From Elusimicrobiota bacterium (GTDB lineage: Bacteria; Elusimicrobiota; JBDRON01), in assembly GCA_043810025.1 (NCBI GenBank), contig JBDRON010000053.1:462-64461 (forward strand): 64,000 nucleotides of DNA, in the 5' to 3' direction. The notes under the pieces were generated by a model. The model worked only from the letters and a program-made list of their open reading frames with translations, searched no databases and was not told the origin of the DNA. A program made the translations under genes and the position numbers. Of the stretch, positions 1-9,653 are shown piece by piece (positions within the stretch are counted from its first letter, which is position 1; each line of letters starts with the position of its first letter).

Positions 1-733
1 AAAAGAAAAAGAAGTTGTCAGGTTTGGAACAAGAAAAATAAATTTCTTTGTCCAACGAAGTAAACGCTGGACCGTAAGTCTTTTCGTTGATCCCAAAGAG
101 GGAGTATATTTGCGCGCTCCCTTTGGCCTTTCCCTGGATTCACTTTCTAAATTGGTCTATCAAAAGGGAATCTGGATATTGAAGAAGCAAAGACAAATAG
201 CGGAGTTAAGCGAATCTATACCGATAAAAGAATTCGTTTCCGGGGAATCTTACTTATATCTGGGCCGACAACTGCGACTGAAAATACTTACTTCAAAAAA
301 AACCAGCAAACCTGGTGTTACTGCAAAAGAAGGCCGTTTTATCGTTAGATTAAACGCCCGTTATAGTGGTGCAGGTAAAAAAAGGGTTATTCGCAACGCT
401 CTTATTCAGTGGTATAAAAATAAAGCTGCTAATATTTTAGGGAATCGAATCCGCTGCTATGCCCCGAAACTAAATGTTTCCTGTTCTAAACTAATATTGG
501 CGAATCAAAGTAAGCGCTGGGGTAGTTGCAGCCACGACGGAAACATCCGCCTAAATTGGCATATTCTGATGGCTCCAGTGGTTTTGGGCGATTACATAGT
601 AGCGCATGAATTGTGTCACTTAAGATTTAAGAATCACTCCCAAAGTTTTTGGAAGCTGCTTGGGAACATTATGCCTGATTATGAAGTTCGCCGTAAACGT
701 CTCTGTATTGAGGGAACTAGATATTATTTCTAA
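1..733 (+). CDS. DUF45/YgjP-like (WLM-type) zinc-dependent hydrolase; 5' end lies outside the window
   Basis: The reading frame is open from base 2 to the stop at 733. HEXXH motif (VAHELCHL) near the C-terminus. The N-terminal part resembles the DUF45 family pattern. The listed start at 110 is only an alternative TTG inside a longer frame. Confidence 0.6.
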   Translation, partial: KEKEVVRFGTRKINFFVQRSKRWTVSLFVDPKEGVYLRAPFGLSLDSLSKLVYQKGIWILKKQRQIAELSESIPIKEFVSGESYLYLGRQLRLKILTSKKTSKPGVTAKEGRFIVRLNARYSGAGKKRVIRNALIQWYKNKAANILGNRIRCYAPKLNVSCSKLILANQSKRWGSCSHDGNIRLNWHILMAPVVLGDYIVAHELCHLRFKNHSQSFWKLLGNIMPDYEVRRKRLCIEGTRYYF

Positions 734-767
734 AGAGAAAGACATTACATCCAATGTAAGAAAAATT

Positions 768-796
768 ATTGAATTTTTTTGCGGATATGGTATAAT
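768..796 (+). promoter_or_regulatory. sigma70-like promoter (TTGAAT-17-TATAAT with TGn extended -10) upstream of the jag-fragment/mnmE unit
   Basis: TTGAAT at 768-773, 17-bp spacer, TATAAT at 791-796 preceded by TGG. Located in the 733-871 intergenic region. Confidence 0.45.
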
Positions 797-870
797 GGAA
801 AATATTGCGGTTGGCTTTGGCGCAAAATATTTTGAGATTTTTAATCTCGGGAAATTAGCAAGAGGATAAA

Positions 871-1068
871 ATGATGGAGTTGGAAGTTCAAGGGATAGAT
901 GTCGAAGAAGCGATTAAAAAGGGGCTGGCGCTCCTCAATACTGAACGGGAGAACATTATTGTTAAAATTCTCGATGAAGGAAGCCCGGGGTTGTTCGGGC
1001 TGGAGGGGGCGAAGCCGGCCAGAGTAAAATTACTGCTTAAAGAAGACTTGCCGTTGATTACCGTTTAG
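871..1068 (+). CDS. Jag/KhpB N-terminal domain protein (short, lacks the KH/R3H domains)
   Basis: 65 aa. Resembles the Jag_N domain (EVQGIDVEEAIKKGLALL...). Sits immediately upstream of mnmE, as jag does in the rnpA-yidC-jag-mnmE neighbourhood. Only the N-terminal domain is present. Confidence 0.5.
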   Translation: MMELEVQGIDVEEAIKKGLALLNTERENIIVKILDEGSPGLFGLEGAKPARVKLLLKEDLPLITV

Positions 1069-1077
1069 GTTTACCTC

Positions 1078-2466
1078 ATGAACCAGGACTCCACTACTAC
1101 GATCGCTGCTGTTTCCACACCTGCTGGTGAAGGGGGAATTGGTATCGTCCGGCTTAGCGGGCCAAAGGCAATCGCCATCGTTGACCGGATATTTAAGGCG
1201 GCAAACCGGCAGAAAATATCGGCCTTCCAGTCTTCTACCACCCATCTGGGCAAGATTTTTGAGCGTTCGGAAATTGTCGATGAAGTGCTGGTCGGCGTTT
1301 TTCGCGCGCCGCACAGTTATACCCGGGAAGATGTGGTGGAAATAAACGCTCACGGCGGTTTGGCTGCGGTCCAAAAAATCCTTATCCTCTGTTTGAACAG
1401 CGGCGCCCGGTTAGCGGAACCCGGCGAGTTTACCAAACGCGCTTTTCTCAACGGGCGAATAGATTTGACCCAGGCCGAGGCCGTCGCCGACTTGATTCAG
1501 GCAAAAACGGAACAATTTCTAAAAGTAGCGGCCAGTCAGTTAACCGGCGGTCTGTCGAAAAAAATAAAACTAATTCGGGATAAAATCGTCGGTCTGCTGG
1601 CCGCCATCGAAGTAAATTTGGATTACAGCGAGGAAGATTTACCGGTTTTATCAGCGGAAAATATTCAAGCGCAAATAAAGCTGGCCGGGCAGGAAATCGA
1701 AAAACTTCTCCACACCGCTTTCCGTGGAAAAATTCTTCGCCAGGGTCTGCGGATCGGCATTTTGGGCAAACCGAATGTCGGTAAATCCAGCCTGCTCAAT
1801 ATCCTCATTGAGGAAGAAAAAGCGATTGTAACTAATATCCCCGGCACGACCCGCGATATTCTGGAAGGGGAAATAAATTTAAAAGGTGTCCCGGTATTAT
1901 TCTACGATACCGCCGGGATTCGCGTCCCGAAAGATGAAATCGAAAAACTGGGAATCGAGCGAAGCAAAAATAAAATTGAACATTCCGATTTGATTCTTTT
2001 TGTTTTGGACGGTTCGCTCCCGCTTGCCGAGGAAGATAATCTTATTGCCAAAGAATTACAGGGTAAAAAAAAATTTGTTTTAATTAATAAAACCGATTTA
2101 CCGGCGGCGTTCTCAGAAAAAGATGTTTCTTCCCTCTTCCCTGAGGAACAGTCGGCTGTTCTTCATGTTTCAGTTGTTCAGGGAAAGGGCATAGAAAATT
2201 TGAAAAATTCTATTTACGATCTTTTTCTGGCCGGTGAGATTAGTCAGCCGGAATTGATCGTGACTAACCTGCGCCATGAACAGGCTTTGCGGCAGGCTAA
2301 AGAAAGACTTTTATCCGCCCAAGAGGGGATGAAGCAGCGCTTAAGTTTGGAATTTATTGCCGCTGATTTAGCCCAGTCCTTGAATTTTCTCGGCGAAATA
2401 ATCGGAGAAACGGTTACCGAAGATATTTTAAAGGAAATTTTTTCCCGTTTTTGTGTAGGAAAATGA
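1078..2466 (+). CDS. mnmE: tRNA modification GTPase MnmE (TrmE)
   Basis: 462 aa. N-terminal THF-binding region, G-domain motifs (GKPNVGKSS, DTAG, NKTD) and C-terminal CVGK motif. Confidence 0.93.
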   Translation: MNQDSTTTIAAVSTPAGEGGIGIVRLSGPKAIAIVDRIFKAANRQKISAFQSSTTHLGKIFERSEIVDEVLVGVFRAPHSYTREDVVEINAHGGLAAVQKILILCLNSGARLAEPGEFTKRAFLNGRIDLTQAEAVADLIQAKTEQFLKVAASQLTGGLSKKIKLIRDKIVGLLAAIEVNLDYSEEDLPVLSAENIQAQIKLAGQEIEKLLHTAFRGKILRQGLRIGILGKPNVGKSSLLNILIEEEKAIVTNIPGTTRDILEGEINLKGVPVLFYDTAGIRVPKDEIEKLGIERSKNKIEHSDLILFVLDGSLPLAEEDNLIAKELQGKKKFVLINKTDLPAAFSEKDVSSLFPEEQSAVLHVSVVQGKGIENLKNSIYDLFLAGEISQPELIVTNLRHEQALRQAKERLLSAQEGMKQRLSLEFIAADLAQSLNFLGEIIGETVTEDILKEIFSRFCVGK

Positions 2467-3350
2467 ACGAACACGGCCATCATCACATTACTGTCCAGGA
2501 AAAATTGCTTTTTGCGGTTATCTTAACCGCACTCGTCTTTTTTGTCGAATTGTTCGGCGGTTTTTGGACCAGATCGCTGGCCCTGCTCTCCGACGCTATC
2601 CATGTTTTCATGGATTTGTTTGCTTTGCTGTTGAGCTATTTGGCCATTTATCTGGCCTCCCGGCCGATCAGCGAACGGCGTAGTTACGGTTGGCATCGAG
2701 CGGAAGTTTTTGTCGCTTTCTTTAACGGTTTAACCGTCTTTATTATCGCGCTGGGAATTATCTTTAGCGCCATCCAGCGATTGCTAGTCCCTCAGCCGAT
2801 CAAAGCCGGCCCAATGTTTGTGATCGCCGTTCTGGGTTTAGCGGTCAACCTGCTGGTGATGAAAATACTTGCCCAGCACTCGCATAAGGATCTTAATCTG
2901 CGCAGCGCCTTCCTTCATGTTGTCGGTGACACTTGCTCTTCGGCCGGTGTAGTTATTGGCGGGATTGTCATGTATTTCACCGGCAACTATCTTGCTGACC
3001 CGATTGTCGGGATGTTAATCGGTTTGGTTATCTCGGCGGCCTCTTTTCGTCTGTTGAAAGAAGCCGGCGAAATCCTGCTGGAAGGAGTGCCGCGCGGGGT
3101 CGATCCCAATAAAGTGATGGAAGAAATCGCCAAGGTGCCGGGGGTTGTTAAAGTCAACGATTTGCATATTTGGTGTATTTGCACCCATCTCTGCACGCTC
3201 TCCGCCCATGTCCTCATCGAAACCGAACAGTTAGCCCAGCAAAAGAGAATTCTTCAACAGTTAGAAAAGATGCTGAAAGAAAAATTCGGCGTCGCTCATT
3301 CCACCATCCAGATTGAAACCAGGGATAAAGAAGACGGTCATGAAGCCTGA
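2463..3350 (+). CDS. cation diffusion facilitator family transporter (CzcD/ZitB-like)
   Basis: His-rich N-terminus (HGHHH), six predicted TM helices and a C-terminal cytoplasmic domain. The ATG at 2463 overlaps the mnmE stop (ATGA). The listed 2451 start is an upstream TTG. Confidence 0.85.
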   Translation: MNEHGHHHITVQEKLLFAVILTALVFFVELFGGFWTRSLALLSDAIHVFMDLFALLLSYLAIYLASRPISERRSYGWHRAEVFVAFFNGLTVFIIALGIIFSAIQRLLVPQPIKAGPMFVIAVLGLAVNLLVMKILAQHSHKDLNLRSAFLHVVGDTCSSAGVVIGGIVMYFTGNYLADPIVGMLIGLVISAASFRLLKEAGEILLEGVPRGVDPNKVMEEIAKVPGVVKVNDLHIWCICTHLCTLSAHVLIETEQLAQQKRILQQLEKMLKEKFGVAHSTIQIETRDKEDGHEA

Positions 3351-3424
3351 TTTTTTTTGACAATTAATTTGCTTAGTAGTATAATCTCTCTAACAGTGAT
3401 TGGATTGCGGAATTCCCAAAACAA

Positions 3425-3527
3425 GTCATGGGTTATGAGTCATGAGTCATGAGTCATGAGTCATGAGTCTTGAGCTTGAAAGACTCGATTCCTTTAAGCT
3501 CACAACCCACAATCCTTGACTCATGAC
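3425..3527. repeat. imperfect long palindrome containing (ATGAGTC)x5 heptamer tandem repeat; copy 1 of a 2-copy element
   Basis: gtcatgggttatgagtc(atgagtc)n...gagctt / aagctcacaacccacaatccttgactcatgac inverted arms. Second copy at 28895-28970. Confidence 0.6.
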
Positions 3528-3613
3528 CTGTGTTCTTTATAGGTGTGAAAATATTTTGAGCTTTTTCGTTTCAGTTCTCACAACCGATCTCGGTTCTAGA
3601 GTGTGGAATTTTT

Positions 3614-5137
3614 ATGAAGATAATGGGGGTTGCTTTAATCGTGATGTTTATTCCTTTCTTCGGTTGTTCGGCGGAAAAAAAGCTGGAGCGGGATCCGGCC
3701 GTCGCCGGTCAGTTTTATCCGTCGGATAAAGAAAAATTGACGGAAGTAATTAAAGTCTATTTACGGCAGGCCGAAAAAAAGTCCGTGGCGGGGAAGTTGA
3801 CGGCTTTACTGGTGCCGCATGCCGGCTATGTTTTTTCTGCGCCGACCGCCGCCTACGGCTATAAATTGCTGGAAGAGCAAAAATTTTCGACGGTGGTAAT
3901 TATCGGGTTAAGCCACCGCTATCCTTTAGAAGGAGCGGCGCTTTTTCCCGCCGGCGGTTTTCGCACACCGCTGGGGCTGGTGGCCATCGATGAGGATTTA
4001 AATAAAAAACTGGCTCAAGCTTCGCCGCTAATCAAGGTTATCCCGCAGGCCCATCTTAGCGAGCATTCCGTCGAAGTTCAACTGCCGTTTCTCCAATATT
4101 TATGGAAAGATTTTAAGTTTGTGCCTATTGTTACCGGCAACCCCGATCTGGAAACTTGTCAGAAGATCGGTGAGGCCATTGGGCGGGCAATTAAAGATTA
4201 TTCGGGAAAAGATAAATCCGTGCTGTTAATTGCTTCCTCGGATCTGTCCCATTATCCGCGGGGCAGGGATGCGGAAAAGGTTGACCGGGGTACTTTGTCG
4301 ATGATTGAAGAATTCGATCCGCAGAAACTTTATAACTGGGATAGACAACAACTGGATTTGGGAATAACTAATTTAGATTGTGTTCTTTGCGGCGAGGGGG
4401 CGGTGTTGATCACCATGGCGGCGGCAAAAGTTTTAGGGGCTGACCAGGTGACGGCGCTCAATTATGCCCATTCCGGTAAAGTAAGCGGTGACGATCGTCA
4501 GGTAGTCGGTTATGGCGCGGCAGCTTTTTCGGTTAGCGGGGCGGGAAAGCCGGCGCAAAGTAAAACAGAAATTAAAAAGGAAGAATTTAGTTTGTCCGTT
4601 GAAGCCCAGAAAGAGTTGTTGTCTTTTGCCCGGAATTCGATCAGTTATTTTTTAAAAAATCATCGGTTGCCTTCACTGGAAGTAAAATCGGCCGAGTTAA
4701 AAAAACCGGCAGCTGTCTTTGTTACCCTTCGGGAGTCCGGCCAATTAAGGGGCTGTATCGGGCACACCCAGGCTTATCTGCCGTTGTCGGAGGCGGTAGC
4801 TCGGATGGCTGTTGCCGCGGCTATCGAAGATCCCCGTTTTCCGCCGGTAACTACTGAGGAACTTAAAGGTATTCAGATAGAAATTTCCGCCCTTTCCCCG
4901 CTACAGGCGATCGAGCATCCCGACCAGATTGTGCTGGGAAAACACGGGGTAATGGTGAGCAGTAACGGCCGTTCAGGTCTTTTTCTTCCCCAAGTATTCG
5001 AGGAAACCGGTTGGAGTAAAGAAGAATTTTTGTCCGAACTCTGCAGTCAGAAGGCCGGTTTGTCCCCGCAGGCCTGGAAAGACAAACAAACCAAGTTGTC
5101 GATCTTTACGGTGTTTTCCTTCGAAGAAAATAAATAG
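3614..5137 (+). CDS. MEMO1-like (AmmeMemoRadiSam system protein B) fused to a C-terminal AMMECR1 domain; N-terminal signal/lipoprotein-like peptide
   Basis: N-terminal half matches the Memo family (LLVPHAGYVFSAPTAAYGY, SDLSHYP). C-terminal roughly 190 aa matches AMMECR1 (VFVTLRESGQLRGCIGHT...). Confidence 0.75.
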   Translation: MKIMGVALIVMFIPFFGCSAEKKLERDPAVAGQFYPSDKEKLTEVIKVYLRQAEKKSVAGKLTALLVPHAGYVFSAPTAAYGYKLLEEQKFSTVVIIGLSHRYPLEGAALFPAGGFRTPLGLVAIDEDLNKKLAQASPLIKVIPQAHLSEHSVEVQLPFLQYLWKDFKFVPIVTGNPDLETCQKIGEAIGRAIKDYSGKDKSVLLIASSDLSHYPRGRDAEKVDRGTLSMIEEFDPQKLYNWDRQQLDLGITNLDCVLCGEGAVLITMAAAKVLGADQVTALNYAHSGKVSGDDRQVVGYGAAAFSVSGAGKPAQSKTEIKKEEFSLSVEAQKELLSFARNSISYFLKNHRLPSLEVKSAELKKPAAVFVTLRESGQLRGCIGHTQAYLPLSEAVARMAVAAAIEDPRFPPVTTEELKGIQIEISALSPLQAIEHPDQIVLGKHGVMVSSNGRSGLFLPQVFEETGWSKEEFLSELCSQKAGLSPQAWKDKQTKLSIFTVFSFEENK

Positions 5138-5170
5138 TAGAGACGCAAAATTTTGCGTCTCTACCTTTTT
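5138..5170. terminator. bidirectional rho-independent terminator between convergent genes
   Basis: Perfect palindrome tagagacgcaaaattttgcgtctcta followed by ccttttt. Lies between the stops at 5137 (+) and 5169 (-). Confidence 0.6.
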
Positions 5171-5531
5171 AAGACAGGCATTTTCTAACTTTGGCGATAA
5201 AGTCTTCGATGTTAAACGGTTTAAACAGGTATTCGTTGGCTCCATTCTTAAGTAATTCTTCGGCAGTTTCGGTAGTGGCGTAAGCAGTAATGAACATAAA
5301 AATGATTTGCGGATATTTCTCTTTGACCGCTTTCAGCAGTTCTCGCCCATCCATTTCGGGCATTTTTAGATCGCTAATGATTAGTTTGTATTGCTTGACC
5401 TGCAGCAAATCCAGGGCTTCTTTACCGTTATTTGCGCAATCAACCGCATGACCTTCCCTTTTTAAGATTCTGCTGCAGATTGCCTGGATGCTCTTCTCAT
5501 CATCAACGACAAGAATATTTTCCTGGACCAT
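5169..5531 (-). CDS. single-domain response regulator (CheY-like receiver)
   Basis: VVDDE...DLKMPEMDG...KPF receiver motifs. The start is most likely the internal Met (MVQEN) at 5531, with a GGGAGG RBS 8 nt upstream. The listed ORF extends to 5615. Confidence 0.8.
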   Translation of the reverse strand: MVQENILVVDDEKSIQAICSRILKREGHAVDCANNGKEALDLLQVKQYKLIISDLKMPEMDGRELLKAVKEKYPQIIFMFITAYATTETAEELLKNGANEYLFKPFNIEDFIAKVRKCLS

Positions 5532-5627
5532 AATTTTTTCCCTCCCATACAAGGTATAGCCGAAATTTGAAAAAAAGCTACAAGTTTTTACAGTGAGATT
5601 CTGCGGTATTGACAAATCGATCTTCTT

Positions 5628-6197
5628 TTGATAAAAATGTTCTCGTTGGGAATGAAACCAATGAAAATTCTAAAATTGAAACCGGTTAAAATAACCGCAG
5701 AAATTTTATCGTTTCTGGAAAAAAGGGATTTAATCAAAACACTGACACCGACAAAAAAAACCTTGAAGGTTAAGGAAGGTCAGGTGGCGGTTGATCAGTT
5801 GTATTCTTCCCAGCCGCAGTTTGGCGGTCACAAGTTAATCTGTATCGGACTGAATATCACGGTAATTAAATTGAATTATCATCCGGACAACGAAGAGTTC
5901 ATTATGGTCAAGAACCCGCAGGATAAATTTAAACCGTTGTTTTTGATCGTCGGGTTGGAGAAATACGAAAAACTGGAAGAAAAAGCGAGAAAAAACAAAT
6001 TGACCGAAAAAGATTTTCTGGCCTTAAGAATGGAATACAACCGGCCGCAAACCAGCATTTTTACCATGCTTAAATATACCCCGCATTGCGAAGCAACCTT
6101 GTCTGGGAAGGGTCGTCATCCTAATTTTTTCGTCACCGAACCCACCGCTATCCAAATAAGCTATTTAAATTTATCCGAACATGAATTGACGATTTAA
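5628..6197 (+). CDS. hypothetical protein
   Basis: 189-aa ORF divergent from the response regulator. No family recognised. Confidence 0.35.
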   Translation: MIKMFSLGMKPMKILKLKPVKITAEILSFLEKRDLIKTLTPTKKTLKVKEGQVAVDQLYSSQPQFGGHKLICIGLNITVIKLNYHPDNEEFIMVKNPQDKFKPLFLIVGLEKYEKLEEKARKNKLTEKDFLALRMEYNRPQTSIFTMLKYTPHCEATLSGKGRHPNFFVTEPTAIQISYLNLSEHELTI

Positions 6198-6317
6198 AAT
6201 GGCCGAAAAAAATCTTGACAAATAGGCAAACTATAACTAAAATCAGGATTCCAGGCTTAAATAAGGCTCTTCTGGGCCGGTAATTGTTGTTTTTTGAGAT
6301 AACCGATCTTCGAATAG

Positions 6318-6345
6318 GCAGGGAACGCATATATGCGTTCCCTAC
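6318..6345. promoter_or_regulatory. REP-like palindrome variant (GCAGGGAACGCATATATGCGTTCCCTAC) immediately upstream of the SBP gene RBS
   Basis: Perfect inverted repeat GGGAACGC-ATATAT-GCGTTCCC. A second copy of this variant lies at 60211-60240. Confidence 0.5.
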
Positions 6346-6363
6346 AACAATAGGAGGAGATGG

Positions 6364-7587
6364 ATGTCTAAAGGAAAACTTTTGTTAGTTGGTCTGTTGA
6401 TGTCGTTTTTGTCCGCTAAGGCTTTGTTGGCTGAAGAAATAACGATATGGGCGATGGGCGCCGAAGGGATGAAAATCGCCGCGGTGGCCAGAAAGTTTGA
6501 AAAAGAAAATCCTGGAATCAGGGTAAAAACCCAAGCTATTCCATGGGAGGCCGCGCATGAAAAGTTGGTTATTGCGGTAGTGGGCGGGATACCGCCGGAT
6601 CTTGCCCAGCTGGGCACAACCTGGATGGCGGAATTTAAGGCGATGGATGCGCTCTCTCAACTGGATGATTTGGCCAAACAATCTAAAATTATTCAGGCGG
6701 ATAAATTTTTTTCGGGGTCCTGGAATACCTGTTTAATCAAAGATAAGTTGTATGGTGTGCCCTGGTATGTGGATACGCGGGTGCTCTTCTACCGGAAAGA
6801 TATTTTAAAAAAGGCGGGTTATGAAAAGCCTCCGGCAACCTGGGAAGAATTTAAAGAGCTTTGTCAGGCCCTGGTCAAAGACCGGGGAAAAGAGAAAAAA
6901 TTTAGCATCGCTTTGCCGATAAAGGATTGGGGATCGGTTTCTTTGTTTATTTGGCAGAACGGCGGTGAACTTCTGGCCCCGCTGGATCCGAAATTTAAGG
7001 AAGCGGTTGTTTATTATAAGAGCTTTTTTGATGAAAAGTTAGCCCCGACTAAAGAATCGGCCGATGTTGATCTTTACCATGCTTTCTCTACGGGGTATTA
7101 TCCGATGTTTATTTCGGGACCCTGGACGATCGAGCAGTTAAGAAAGGGATTACCCGAACTCAACGATAAGTGGGATGTGGCCATGCTGCCCAAAAAACTT
7201 GCTCCCACTTCGTTTGTCGGCGGCTGTAATTTGGTTGTTTTTAAAGGCAGTAAGCATAAAGCTGCGGCCTGGAAGTTTATTGAATATTTAAGCCGGCCGG
7301 AGGCGCAAGTGGAGTGGTATAAAAACACTACCGATCTCCCGTCTTTAAAGTTGGCCTGGAAAGATCCTTATATTCAATCCCAGCCAAACATCAAGGTTTT
7401 TGAAGAACAGATGAAATTCACCAAAAGTCCTCCCGCTTTGCCGGAATGGGAACAGATTGCCGATGCTTTGCAAAACCGGATGGAGCAGATGATTTTGAAT
7501 AAAAAAACTATCGATGCAGGTTTAAAAGCTTTTGACGAAGATCTTCGGGAAATAATCCCGGAGTATTTTAAAAATGAGAAAAAATAA
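6364..7587 (+). CDS. ABC transporter substrate-binding protein, family 1 (sugar/oligosaccharide)
   Basis: Signal peptide, 407 aa, MalE/UgpB-like architecture. Followed by two permease genes. Confidence 0.85.
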   Translation: MSKGKLLLVGLLMSFLSAKALLAEEITIWAMGAEGMKIAAVARKFEKENPGIRVKTQAIPWEAAHEKLVIAVVGGIPPDLAQLGTTWMAEFKAMDALSQLDDLAKQSKIIQADKFFSGSWNTCLIKDKLYGVPWYVDTRVLFYRKDILKKAGYEKPPATWEEFKELCQALVKDRGKEKKFSIALPIKDWGSVSLFIWQNGGELLAPLDPKFKEAVVYYKSFFDEKLAPTKESADVDLYHAFSTGYYPMFISGPWTIEQLRKGLPELNDKWDVAMLPKKLAPTSFVGGCNLVVFKGSKHKAAAWKFIEYLSRPEAQVEWYKNTTDLPSLKLAWKDPYIQSQPNIKVFEEQMKFTKSPPALPEWEQIADALQNRMEQMILNKKTIDAGLKAFDEDLREIIPEYFKNEKK

Positions 7588-7596
7588 AATAGAACT

Positions 7597-7725
7597 GTTC
7601 CCCCTTTTGAAAGGGGGATGAAGGGGGATTTTAAAATATTGATCAAATCTCCCCTACCCCTCTTTTTAAAGAGGGAAAAAAACGTCACAGATAGGTAAAG
7701 TTCCGAGCGAAGCTCGGACTAACTT
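7597..7725 (+). repeat. mosaic multi-hairpin intergenic element, copy 1
   Basis: Four consecutive stem-loops: TTCCCCCTTTTGAAAGGGGGA; GGGGGATTTT..AAAATCTCCCC; CCCCTCTTTTTAAAGAGGG; CCGAGCGAAGCTCGG, then GACTAACTT. Confidence 0.7.
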
Positions 7726-7756
7726 AAACCTTAAACCTGCTGTATGAAGGACTAAA

Positions 7757-8653
7757 GTGATCTCAAAAATTGCGCGGTTTATTAAAGCTTATTATATTGG
7801 ATATTTATTTATCGCTCCAGCCTTGATAATTTTAGCTGTCTTTTTGTTTTTTCCGATCGTTCAATCTTTCCTGATGAGTCTTACCGATTACAAAATAACC
7901 AGTATGCACGATGTGCATTTTATCGGGATAAAAAATTATCTGAAGCTCTTTCAAGATCAGATATTTTTGCAATCGCTTTTAAACACCGCCTATTTTGTCT
8001 TTGTGGGCGCGCCTTTAAGCATGGTTGTATCTTTGTTTATGGCGGTAATTCTGAACGAAAAATTCATAAAATATAAAACTTTTTTTCGGGCTTCGTTTTT
8101 TGCTCCGGTCGTGACGACAGTTGTGGCTGTAGCCGTTATTTGGCGCTGGCTTTATCAACCGGATTATGGCTTGTTTAACTGGGCGCTGCGGACAGTGGGG
8201 ATTAATCCGGTTAACTGGTTGTCCGATGTCCGGTTCGCCATGCCTTCCTTAATTTTGATGTCCGTCTGGAAAGGGTTCGGTTACAATATGATTATTTTTA
8301 TCGCCGGATTGCAGACGATCCCCGAGACTTTATATGAATCCGCCCGGATTGACGGAGCCAACTGGTGGAAATGTTTCCGTTACATCACCTTGCCGGGGTT
8401 GCGCCATACAATACTATTTGTCACAATTATGACTACTATCGGGTTTTTTCAATTTTTCGGCGAGTCGTATGTGATGACCAAAGGCGGTCCGTTAAACAGC
8501 ACTATTTCCATCGTTTATTATATGTATAACCAGGGTTTTAAATTTTTCAATTTAGGTTATGCCTCAGCGATCGCTTATGTTTTGTTCGGCTTAATTTTCA
8601 GTTTCACGATGATCCAATTATGGCTACGGCCAAAATATTCCGGAGAAGACTAA
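7757..8653 (+). CDS. ABC sugar transporter permease (MalF/UgpA type)
   Basis: Six TM helices and the EAA-like motif (ESARIDGAN). GTG start. Confidence 0.85.
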   Translation: MISKIARFIKAYYIGYLFIAPALIILAVFLFFPIVQSFLMSLTDYKITSMHDVHFIGIKNYLKLFQDQIFLQSLLNTAYFVFVGAPLSMVVSLFMAVILNEKFIKYKTFFRASFFAPVVTTVVAVAVIWRWLYQPDYGLFNWALRTVGINPVNWLSDVRFAMPSLILMSVWKGFGYNMIIFIAGLQTIPETLYESARIDGANWWKCFRYITLPGLRHTILFVTIMTTIGFFQFFGESYVMTKGGPLNSTISIVYYMYNQGFKFFNLGYASAIAYVLFGLIFSFTMIQLWLRPKYSGED

Positions 8654-8812
8654 GATATCAAAGATCAAAAATCAAAGATCAAAATTTAAAGGCAAAATAT
8701 ATAATTAATATTAAGTACTAAGAAGATAGACTACAGAAAGAAAAGTGAGATGCATTTCCAAATTCGATGGCTGTTGGTCTTTTTAATTTTGATATTTGAA
8801 CTTTGATATTTT
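8654..8812. mobile_element. MITE-like insertion with terminal inverted repeats built from ATCAAAG heptamers, lying between the two permease genes
   Basis: Left end gatatcaaagatcaaaaatcaaagatcaaaattt. Right end aattttgatatttgaactttgatatttt, the reverse complement of the left. Roughly 160 bp, AT-rich, no ORF. The two permease genes are normally adjacent. Confidence 0.45.
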
Positions 8813-9649
8813 ATGACCCGTTACCGTTTATATACGATAATCCGAAATAGCCTTATTTATCTCTTCCTGATTTTAGGGATCGCGGTTACTTTAGCGCCCT
8901 TTGTTTGGATGTTTTTGACTTCTTTTAAATCCAGCGGGGGTATCTTTGCCTACCCTCCCGAATGGCTGCCCAAGCATCCTACTTTTGCCCATTACCAAAA
9001 GCTTTTTTCTGAGATCAAGTTTTTCCTGCATTTAAAAAATAGTCTGATTGTGGCGATTTCGGCCACAGTGATTAATTTGTTTTTAAGTTCAATGGCCGGT
9101 TTTGCCTTCGCCAAATATAAATTTCCCGGCCGGGAAAAGATTTTTACTTTTCTTCTAGCTTCGATGATGATCCCCGGACAAGTGACGATGATGCCGATAT
9201 TTTTATTGCTGAAAAAGTTCGGTTTACTGAACACCTATTTTGGCTTGATTGCCACCGGCGCGGTCAGCGTCTTCGGCATTTTTCTGATTCGCCAGTTTAT
9301 GATCAGTATCCCCAACGACCTCATCGAGTCCGCCCGGATTGACGGTTGTTCGGAGTTTAGAATTTACTGGAATATAATGCTGCCTTTATGCAAACCGGTG
9401 CTGGCCACCCTGGGAATCTTTTCTTTTATGGGCGCCTGGAACGATTTTCTCTGGCCGTTGATTGTGATGATTACCGAGGATATGTATACCTTGCCGGTGG
9501 CTCTGGCTAACCTTAACGGACAGTTCCCCACAGAGTTTGGGCTGTTAATGGCCGGCGCGGTAGTTGTTGTAGCGCCGATTTTGTTAATTTTTATTTTCGC
9601 CCAGAAATTTATCATCAAGGGCATCGCCACCACGGGATTAAAAGAATAA
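8813..9649 (+). CDS. ABC sugar transporter permease (MalG/UgpE type)
   Basis: Six TM helices and ESARIDGCS EAA motif. Confidence 0.85.
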   Translation: MTRYRLYTIIRNSLIYLFLILGIAVTLAPFVWMFLTSFKSSGGIFAYPPEWLPKHPTFAHYQKLFSEIKFFLHLKNSLIVAISATVINLFLSSMAGFAFAKYKFPGREKIFTFLLASMMIPGQVTMMPIFLLLKKFGLLNTYFGLIATGAVSVFGIFLIRQFMISIPNDLIESARIDGCSEFRIYWNIMLPLCKPVLATLGIFSFMGAWNDFLWPLIVMITEDMYTLPVALANLNGQFPTEFGLLMAGAVVVVAPILLIFIFAQKFIIKGIATTGLKE

Positions 9650-9653
9650 AAAA

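Noticed and set aside
1030-1374. Minus-strand ORFs (114, 60 and 72 aa) overlapping mnmE
   Set aside because: They lie antisense inside a strongly supported conserved gene and have no family resemblance. Typical spurious ORFs.
8992-9633. Minus-strand ORFs inside the second permease gene
   Set aside because: Antisense to a well-supported membrane protein gene. Hydrophobic mirror-frame artefacts.
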